Source: an uncultured Bacteroidota bacterium (GTDB lineage: Bacteria > Bacteroidota > Bacteroidia > Bacteroidales > GCA-2748055). From it: a stretch of 64,000 bases of DNA. The position numbers and the translations under genes are program-made. The stretch's first letter is position 1. Each line of letters opens with the position of its first letter. Shown here piece by piece: positions 57,426 to 64,000 of this stretch. Under the pieces are notes generated by a model. That model worked only from the letters and a program-made list of their open reading frames with translations, did no database searches and had not been told where the DNA came from. The stretch covers positions 245,308 through 309,307 of the forward strand of contig CAWCAK010000002.1 in the NCBI GenBank assembly GCA_963793455.1, written 5' to 3'.

Positions 57426-59978
57426 CTAAATAAGTGCTTTTTTATTACGTTTCACTCTTTTATAGAACTCAAACCATGTAATGCTGAACAAACCGGCCAG
57501 CGCGGCCAGTACAACCTGGCCAAAGCCCACCCTTTCGAATTGGAAAAGCTCCAGTAGAAAGGGTATGTTCAGGATAAGAACAAGGAAGAAGGCTGCACCT
57601 CCCACAACCCATTTCGCAGACTTGTTTGGTGTAATCAGGATCCTGAAAATATGGTTGGTCCAGGACCGGTTTGAGAGGATCACTGCAATGTTTGAAGCGA
57701 TCAGTGTCACGAATGTCAACGTTCTTATGGCCTCTTCACTGTGACCCGTTTTAAGGGCAGTCAGATAAACCAGCATGCTTATCATTAGGATCCCGACCCC
57801 CTGCATGCAGCTTAAAAATATCTTCCTTGCACCAAAAAAGGGTTCATCAATGGCCTTTGGGGGCCTGGTCATCACATTTTTTTCCTCTTTCTCAGCCTCG
57901 AAAATGATGGAACATGCGGGGTCAATGATCAGTTCAAGAAAAACAATGTGAACAGGCCAGAGGATCAGGGGAAGATCTGCAAAAAAGACCGGGATCAGGG
58001 ATAATCCTGCGATTGGGACATGAATGGCAAAGATGTAGCCCAGGGCTTTCTGAAGATTGTCAAATATTTTTCGCCCCATTTTCACCGCCCCCACAATGGA
58101 AGAGAAGTTATCATCCATGAGCACAAGTGAAGAGGCCTCCCTGGCCACATCGGTCCCTTTTTCTCCCATGGCGACTCCGATATTTGAGGCCTTCAGCGCT
58201 GGTGCATCATTCACTCCGTCACCGGTCATCGCCACAATCTCACCGTTACGCTTGAGGGCATCGACAATTTTCAGCTTCTGCTCCGGTACCACACGGGCAA
58301 AAATATTCACCTCCCTGATGCGCTCAGCAAGCTCCTCTTCGCTCATTTCCTGCAATTCGGGGCCTGCAATGAACAGTTCAGGGTTTTTCAGGCCGATCTG
58401 TTTACCAATATTGATCGCAGTTACAGGATAATCCCCTGTGATCATAATTACGCGGATTCCAGCCCTGTAACATTCCCTGATCGCCTCCGGGACACTCTCC
58501 CTGATCGGATCAGACAATCCGATCAATCCAACAAATTCAAAATCAAAATCATGCTGCTCAGGAGGTAAACTCCTGGGCACCAGGTTTGCCCTTGCTACAC
58601 CCAGCACCCTTAATCCTGACGAAGCCATCTCTTCCACTGCCTCCAGGTAGCCAGTTGTTTTGGAATGATTAAGATGGCAAAGGTCAAAAATGGCCTCAGG
58701 CGCACCTTTCGCTGCGATAACACGTTTATCCGAGCCGGCTGCTGAAAAGACCCTTGACATGGCCAGGAGGTTCCTTGACAAGGGGTACTCCTTTTCCATG
58801 GTCCAGTCTGTATGTATGTGCTCTGTATTTTTCAGCTGCTGCTCACCCATGCCGGTAATCGCTTTTTCCATTGGGTCGAATGGATTCACCTGACTTGACA
58901 GTATTCCGTACTCAATGATTTCATGGAATGGTTCCGGGAAATGACTTGATGCGCTCACCTCATGAAAGCCCGATCCGTTAAACAATCGGGTAACTGTCAT
59001 CCTGTTCCATGTGAGCGTTCCTGTCTTATCGGTGCAAAGGACCGTCGAAGATCCCAGGGTCTCTATGGCAGCCGGTTTACGGGTCAGTACATTCCTTTTT
59101 GACATCCTCCATGCCCCAACGGCCAGAAAGATGGTTAATACGACCGGGAACTCCTCCGGAAGCATTGCCATGGCAAGTGTAATCCCGGCCAGGAATCCCT
59201 TCAGCAGGTCCCCCCTGGTAATTGTGTACACGGCAATGACGACCAGGCATAAAACCACTCCTATGATGGCAAGTCGCCTGACCAGAACACCTATTTCCTT
59301 TTTCAGCCTGGTAGGTTCCTCCTTCACGTATTCAAGCGCTTTCCCGATCTTTCCGATCTCCGTATTCATGCCTGTGGCGGTTACCCTGATGATCCCGTTT
59401 CCCTGCACAATCATCGACCCGGAGAACACACCAGGAATATCGTCTCCACCCGGGATAAAGGATCCCTCTCCCTCTTCCCATTCCCTTTTGCGCACCGGGA
59501 CCGATTCCCCCGTGAGCAAAGACTCATCTGCCATCAGGTTCACCCCATTCAGGACAATCCCGTCGGCCGGAACCCTGTCACCCTCCTGCAATACAATAAG
59601 ATCATCGGTGACCACCTCCCGTCCCGCAATCCTTCTGCTCTTCCCCTCACGGATAACGAGCGCTCTCGGACTGGCCAGGTCTTTCAGTGCATCCAGCGCC
59701 TTCTCAGTTTTGCGCTCCTGATAGAACTCGATCCCCATCACTACAAATACAAAACCCATCAGCATCAGACCTTCCTGGATATCACCAAGCACAAGGTACA
59801 ACGTGCCGCAGGCCACAAGAAGCAGAAACATGGGCTCCCTGATTACACCGAGCGCTATGTGCCATATATTCTTGGATTTGGAAGAGGGAAGTTCATTGTA
59901 TCCTTCGGTCTGCAACTTCACAGCCACCTCTTTCTCTGTCAGGCCCTCATAATCTTCTAATTTATAGGATGTTTCCAT
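57426..59978 (-). CDS. cation-translocating P-type ATPase (P2-type, Ca2+/Mg2+-like)
   Basis: Uninterrupted 850 aa with CTDKTGTLT, TGD, MTGDGVNDAPALK and 10 TM-type hydrophobic segments. Confidence 0.93.
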   Translation of the reverse strand: METSYKLEDYEGLTEKEVAVKLQTEGYNELPSSKSKNIWHIALGVIREPMFLLLVACGTLYLVLGDIQEGLMLMGFVFVVMGIEFYQERKTEKALDALKDLASPRALVIREGKSRRIAGREVVTDDLIVLQEGDRVPADGIVLNGVNLMADESLLTGESVPVRKREWEEGEGSFIPGGDDIPGVFSGSMIVQGNGIIRVTATGMNTEIGKIGKALEYVKEEPTRLKKEIGVLVRRLAIIGVVLCLVVIAVYTITRGDLLKGFLAGITLAMAMLPEEFPVVLTIFLAVGAWRMSKRNVLTRKPAAIETLGSSTVLCTDKTGTLTWNRMTVTRLFNGSGFHEVSASSHFPEPFHEIIEYGILSSQVNPFDPMEKAITGMGEQQLKNTEHIHTDWTMEKEYPLSRNLLAMSRVFSAAGSDKRVIAAKGAPEAIFDLCHLNHSKTTGYLEAVEEMASSGLRVLGVARANLVPRSLPPEQHDFDFEFVGLIGLSDPIRESVPEAIRECYRAGIRVIMITGDYPVTAINIGKQIGLKNPELFIAGPELQEMSEEELAERIREVNIFARVVPEQKLKIVDALKRNGEIVAMTGDGVNDAPALKASNIGVAMGEKGTDVAREASSLVLMDDNFSSIVGAVKMGRKIFDNLQKALGYIFAIHVPIAGLSLIPVFFADLPLILWPVHIVFLELIIDPACSIIFEAEKEEKNVMTRPPKAIDEPFFGARKIFLSCMQGVGILMISMLVYLTALKTGHSEEAIRTLTFVTLIASNIAVILSNRSWTNHIFRILITPNKSAKWVVGGAAFFLVLILNIPFLLELFQFERVGFGQVVLAALAGLFSITWFEFYKRVKRNKKALI

Positions 59979-59993
59979 TCTAATGCTATGTCG

Positions 59994-60007
59994 TTAGTAT
60001 ATTCTAA
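59994..60007. promoter_or_regulatory. candidate MarR operator, near-palindrome TTAGTATATTCTAA, 16 nt upstream of the ATPase start
   Basis: One mismatch from the perfect palindrome at 60454-60467. It lies between the marR stop and the ATPase ATG. Confidence 0.4.
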
Positions 60008-60029
60008 CTATATAATTAAAAAAACTATG

Positions 60030-60440
60030 CTAATTGAGTACCTTTTCAAGCACACGGATCAGGCACTCCTCTTCCTCAATGTTTACCCTGGATCTGATGG
60101 ACTCGGTAATTCTTTTGTGGGCGTAATCGTGCATCTGGTTTATAAGTTTACCCTTCTCTGTGAGGTGAATATGAGCACTCCGACGATCCTCATCAGACTG
60201 CACCTTAAAAATATAATCACGTTCAATCAGCTTATCAACCGCTACCTTGACCGTTGGTTTAGAGAGGTTCATGATGGCGGCAAGTTCGGTGATATTGGGA
60301 TTGCCCAGTGCGCTGATCGTCTCCAGATAGTACATCTGGGTTAAGCTAAGAGATGAAAGATTAAACTGTTCTTTGGCAGCCTCTTCCATTTGGCCCATCA
60401 TCCTTGAAAGCTTTGCAATGATCTCTGTTAAATCGTTCAT
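60030..60440 (-). CDS. MarR family transcriptional regulator
   Basis: 136 aa with a winged-helix segment (LSLTQMYYLETISALGNPNITELAAIMNLSKPTVKVAVDKLIERDYI). Confidence 0.85.
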   Translation of the reverse strand: MNDLTEIIAKLSRMMGQMEEAAKEQFNLSSLSLTQMYYLETISALGNPNITELAAIMNLSKPTVKVAVDKLIERDYIFKVQSDEDRRSAHIHLTEKGKLINQMHDYAHKRITESIRSRVNIEEEECLIRVLEKVLN

Positions 60441-60444
60441 ACCT

Positions 60445-60467
60445 CAAATATAGTTAGTATATACTAA
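60445..60467 (-). promoter_or_regulatory. candidate marR promoter -7 box (TATATTTG on minus strand) overlapping a perfect palindrome TTAGTATATACTAA
   Basis: The palindrome lies at 60454-60467. The complement of 60445-60452 reads TATATTTG, only 4 nt before the marR ATG. Confidence 0.45.
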
Positions 60468-60516
60468 TTAATCAAGAAAATTTTCAATATTTGTTTTTAT
60501 GGTACCCGGGGGTAGT

Positions 60517-60642
60517 GTTACCCGGCCTGTCGGCCTCGAGATCAAGTATCTTGAAAGGGATATTGCATACAGTGAGTTTTCGGATCTCATATCTTCCATG
60601 CAGCCACCTTTTCTGCATTTTATGTCACTAAAATCTGACACC
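60517..60642. repeat. dispersed repeat copy A (126 nt)
   Basis: It aligns by hand with 63752-63871: 97 of 120 aligned positions are identical, with one 6-nt indel, in the same orientation. Confidence 0.8.
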
Positions 60643-60666
60643 AGACCCTGGGGATTATTTTGAATG

Positions 60667-62196
60667 CTATGAACTGAGGCTCATGGCGCACTTCACTCCA
60701 TCTGCAGCACTTGAGATGATCCCTCCGGCAAATCCACTACCCTCACCAACGAAATGGAGATTTTCGAAGCCGGTGCACTTTCCTTCTCTGTCGCGCGAGA
60801 CCTGAATGGGGGAAGAGGTTTTGCTTTCCAATCCCATCAGAAGACCCTGGTCAAAGCCATGGAGTTTCCGGCTAAAATCTTTTAAACCAGCTCTGAGAGC
60901 CTGGCTAATTATCTCAGGAATCATGTTAAAAAGAGGTGCAGATTGCAGTCCGAGGGGGTAGCTGCTTTTGGATATCTTCTTCGATTCGCGTTTTTGTATA
61001 TAATCAGCTGCCATATTTGCAGGAATTGTATAGCCGCTCGAAAAAGCAAAGAAGCTTCCCTCGAGCTCGTCCATCCAATCCAATATTTCACCAGGAGAAC
61101 ACGAATGTCCCACTAAGATATCGGGATGAACCCCTGCCACACAACCTGCGTTGGCAAAATGACCATCACGCTGATAATAGCTCATTCCATTAACCACACT
61201 TTTTTCTTTGAATGCAGCTGCCGGGACCACCGTGCCGCCGGGACACATGCAAAAGGTATAGACTCCCAATCCTGATTTTGACTTGGTACTCAAGCGGTAT
61301 TCTGCAGCTTTTACTCCCGGCAGAATCTCTTTGCCCCACTGAGCCTTGTTAATGAGATTCTGAGGATGTTCGATCCGATGACCAATGGCGAAATTCTTGG
61401 TGCCAAACTGAACTCCTTTTTTCATGAGCATGCGGTAAGTGTCGTAGGCAGAATGACCTGTGGCGAGGATTACATGATCTGCTTCCAAATCGCCTTTGTC
61501 GGTAATAACGCCACTTGCCTTATTTCCTTTGAGAAGGATATCTTTCAGCTGGGTCTCAAATAAGAAGGTTCCTCCCTTATCAAGAAACTGCTGACGAAGA
61601 TGGGCTACAATCACCTTGAGGTTGTCGGTTCCCACATGGGGGTAGGCCATGTATAATATTTCCTCAGGGGCACCGGCTTTCACATATTCTGAAAGGATGA
61701 AATTACGTTCCCTGGAAATGTGCTTTGATCGCGATGTGAGCTTCCCGTCCGAAAAGGTTCCTGCCCCTCCCTCCCCAAATGCGTAATTATTATTTCCGTT
61801 AAATTCTCCCTTGCTTTCCAATAAGCCAATGGCCCTGGAACGCTGCTCTACTTTAGATCCGCGTTCAATAATGGTTACGTGAAAACCAGCCAGCTGCAAA
61901 ACATATGCAGCAAAAAAACCGGCCGGTCCGCTCCCGATAACCACTGCCTTTTCTGTTCGTCTTTTAAATGGAATTTCCAGTGGCTCCGGTGCTTCAAATT
62001 CACCACCTTCTATTTTTCCAGAAGAAACAATAAGTCCCAATAACCAATGTGTATCATTTTTCTTTCTGGCATCCAGGCTTTTTCTTTCTATTTGAAAGGA
62101 AAAATCCTTTAATCCAAGTTGCTTTCCAATGGCATTTCTGAGGTGTTCTTCGGAATAATCTGTTGGCACCTTTAATTGTATGGTTTTGTAGCCCAT
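60667..62196 (-). CDS. FAD-dependent oxidoreductase (COG2509-like)
   Basis: 509 aa. A dinucleotide-binding motif VVIGSGPAGFFAA...IIERG follows an N-terminal ~80-aa domain. Confidence 0.8.
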   Translation of the reverse strand: MGYKTIQLKVPTDYSEEHLRNAIGKQLGLKDFSFQIERKSLDARKKNDTHWLLGLIVSSGKIEGGEFEAPEPLEIPFKRRTEKAVVIGSGPAGFFAAYVLQLAGFHVTIIERGSKVEQRSRAIGLLESKGEFNGNNNYAFGEGGAGTFSDGKLTSRSKHISRERNFILSEYVKAGAPEEILYMAYPHVGTDNLKVIVAHLRQQFLDKGGTFLFETQLKDILLKGNKASGVITDKGDLEADHVILATGHSAYDTYRMLMKKGVQFGTKNFAIGHRIEHPQNLINKAQWGKEILPGVKAAEYRLSTKSKSGLGVYTFCMCPGGTVVPAAAFKEKSVVNGMSYYQRDGHFANAGCVAGVHPDILVGHSCSPGEILDWMDELEGSFFAFSSGYTIPANMAADYIQKRESKKISKSSYPLGLQSAPLFNMIPEIISQALRAGLKDFSRKLHGFDQGLLMGLESKTSSPIQVSRDREGKCTGFENLHFVGEGSGFAGGIISSAADGVKCAMSLSS

Positions 62197-62214
62197 TGGT
62201 TAAATTTATAGGTT

Positions 62215-63636
62215 TCAATTATTTAGCCGTTTAAGGACATCTTTTGGCAGAAATACATTTGGGGAAATCGTATTATCGGAGGTTTCTCTGACGAACAGTA
62301 CAGGGATAATCTTTTTTCCTTTTGCCAGGGGGAATAATTTTGCTTTTTGTTCTAGTTTTTCAAACAATGATGATAAATTTTCATTTTTTGACCATTTACA
62401 TTCAGCAATCAGTAAATAGTGCTTATCGAGCGATTCAGCCACGACATCCAATTCCATGGGCTTGTTTTCCAGATTTGTTCCCCACCAGCTGTGAGCAATA
62501 TCAAACTCAATACCGCTAATGGTCTTCATGGGAACGCTTCTTCGGCAAAGATTTTCCCATTCAAATGAAACATAATTCGGCAGTCGCGATTCAATTCCCT
62601 TATAAACATGATCTGTTAAACCAAGTTCGAGTCGGGAAAGATTTGGCATCAAAAAAGTGAAGTAAAAACTCATAAAGGGATCCGCGATCCGGTAGATTCC
62701 TTTCTTGCTATTCTTTTCAAGTTCCCCGAAAGGTATTTCTCTTTTTAAATAACCAAGCTGAATAAGATTGTTTAGGGGTCTGGAAAGATGAGTTGACGGT
62801 TTATTTAACTTTCCTGCAATTTCAGATAGCCTGTTACTGCCATTTCCTACGAGTGAGAGAATTGAAAATGCCTGAACAGATTCCCTCATGTCATCCAGGA
62901 ATAATCTTCCTGGTTCTTCATGAAGTACCCCAAACCGGTCCAATATTAGATTTATAATTGCCTCTTTAAATGTGCTTTCTTCAGCTCTTAGTTCCCAATA
63001 ACGAGGAACCCCACCCCAAACCGAATATTCCAGGATAGCCTGTTCGGGTTTAACATTTAACGCTTCACTTATCCATCCTGCTCCGAGAGGAGTGATTTTC
63101 ATGATCACATCGGCGCGGCCATATAAAGGTGCTGCACTATCCAGGATCAGACCTTGCATCATTTGTTGAGATGAACCACAAAGGATCAGATGATAATTTC
63201 TGTCATTGTTTTTGTCAACCGTTTTTTGAATTACGCTTGGCAGACCCGGTGAAGCTTTTACTAAATAAGGAAACTCGTCAATACATAGGCTTATTGGTTC
63301 TTTAAGAACGTTATTCAGATTTATGAACAAGGATTCCCAATCGGGGTAAACAACAGAATTAAAACCCCCTATTCTTTCTGCAATGGTATTTGCCAGCTGT
63401 TCACGTTGTAGTGTCTCGTCTGATTGTATAGCCAGAAAATAAATATCATTTGGCCCCAATGTATTATTAATCAGGGTTGATTTACCACACCGACGACGAC
63501 CATAGATTATTAGCAGTTTAGCTTTTTTACTTGCTATGGCCAGGTTTAAGCGCTGCTTTTCTTTTTCCCTGTTGAAAAATTCCACGGTAATATAATTATG
63601 TATGACAAAAATAATGTTTATCAAACATAATAACAA
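62215..63636 (-). CDS. AAA-type ATPase (archaeal-ATPase/DUF234 family) with C-terminal PD-(D/E)xK-like nuclease motif
   Basis: Walker A YGRRRCGKST and Walker B LCIDEFPYL. The C-terminus has ELDVVAES...YLLIAECKWS (D...ExK). The probable real start is GTG 63585 (VEFFNREKE...). Confidence 0.8.
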   Translation of the reverse strand: MLLCLINIIFVIHNYITVEFFNREKEKQRLNLAIASKKAKLLIIYGRRRCGKSTLINNTLGPNDIYFLAIQSDETLQREQLANTIAERIGGFNSVVYPDWESLFINLNNVLKEPISLCIDEFPYLVKASPGLPSVIQKTVDKNNDRNYHLILCGSSQQMMQGLILDSAAPLYGRADVIMKITPLGAGWISEALNVKPEQAILEYSVWGGVPRYWELRAEESTFKEAIINLILDRFGVLHEEPGRLFLDDMRESVQAFSILSLVGNGSNRLSEIAGKLNKPSTHLSRPLNNLIQLGYLKREIPFGELEKNSKKGIYRIADPFMSFYFTFLMPNLSRLELGLTDHVYKGIESRLPNYVSFEWENLCRRSVPMKTISGIEFDIAHSWWGTNLENKPMELDVVAESLDKHYLLIAECKWSKNENLSSLFEKLEQKAKLFPLAKGKKIIPVLFVRETSDNTISPNVFLPKDVLKRLNN

Positions 63637-63751
63637 GGATATTCAGTTCAAATTTTAGATCAGAGCGTATATGAAGCAGAGCTTCATTCAAATTCGGTAC
63701 CAACTGAGCTAGCCTTAAATTGTAAAGACTTCTCCTGTAGCGAGAGGGAGA

Positions 63752-63871
63752 GTTACCCGGCCTGGCGGCCTCGTGAATCTTGAAAGGTCTGCTGCAAACA
63801 CTGAGTTTCCGAATGTTTCATCTTACATTTAGCCACATTTCCTGCATTTTCCGACACTGAAATCTGACACC
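63752..63871. repeat. dispersed repeat copy B (120 nt)
   Basis: See copy A. It lies about 115-165 nt upstream of the ATPase gene start. Confidence 0.8.
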
Positions 63872-64000
63872 GGCATTGTGTAGAACAGCGTGCATTTTAT
63901 CAGGATATATAATAGTACATCCTTAAGTATAATACATATTTGTGTATTAGTATTAAAATACATATATTAGTACCATACTATAATGAGTATTATGAACCAA

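Noticed and set aside
63671-63714. tRNA-like fragment: complement of 63698-63711 reads TAGCTCAGTTGGTA (D-arm consensus), next to the hairpin atgaagc-aga-gcttcat (63671-63687)
   Set aside because: No acceptor stem, anticodon arm or T-arm can be drawn, so it is not a tRNA gene. It may be a relic of a tRNA-associated integration site, but a 14-nt match is too little to claim that.

Overview
64-kb chromosomal segment of a Bacteroidota-type genome. Supporting signs are a T9SS C-terminal sorting domain, a TonB-dependent receptor/HmuY-like/ChaN locus, many lipoprotein signal peptides and TAnnTTTG-type -7 boxes. My hand counts of 60-nt samples give about 52-57 % G+C left of 54 kb. I support about 55 protein-coding genes and find no rRNA, no intact tRNA and no CRISPR array. 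Recognisable content, left to right: EEP-family gene end, CCA-type nucleotidyltransferase, hybrid PAS/GAF histidine kinase, xseB-xseA, T9SS S8 peptidase, MORN protein, dnaK, panB, RluA-family synthase, cdd, LysM glucosaminidase. Then comes a 9-kb run of broken genes: DUF4251, integrase remnant, fmt, ribBA, GT2, GT4, LptF/G permease, START-like protein and an MFS sugar porter. This is followed by nitroreductase, a TetR-TolC-MFP-RND efflux operon, an exported ADP-ribosylglycohydrolase, MBL hydrolase, OmpA/SPOR protein, GH9-like hydrolase, PKD lipoprotein, a ChaN-TonB receptor-HmuY-like locus and an M1 peptidase. Next is a 3beta-HSD/EthD/DUF1214/sulfotransferase/SDR cluster. The right end is a compositionally mosaic, partly AT-rich region with a MarR-P-type ATPase-(nucleoside hydrolase::FmdE) operon, an FAD oxidoreductase and an AAA-ATPase/PD-(D/E)xK protein. 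Points worth a second look: (1) indels and nonsense codons concentrated in 15.4-24.6 kb next to a truncated integrase, with scattered lesions elsewhere; this may be a consensus-quality artefact and must be checked against reads. (2) At least five short-period intergenic tandem arrays sit directly at gene starts or ends; one reiterates the last codons plus stop codon of a gene, and one replaces the start of an RluA-family gene. (3) Two 120/126-nt direct repeats bracket the FAD oxidoreductase plus ATPase-nuclease pair. (4) A candidate lipid/sterol-type sulfation cluster. (5) Unusual domain fusions and repeat insertions. I cannot name any system here as demonstrably novel without database searches.
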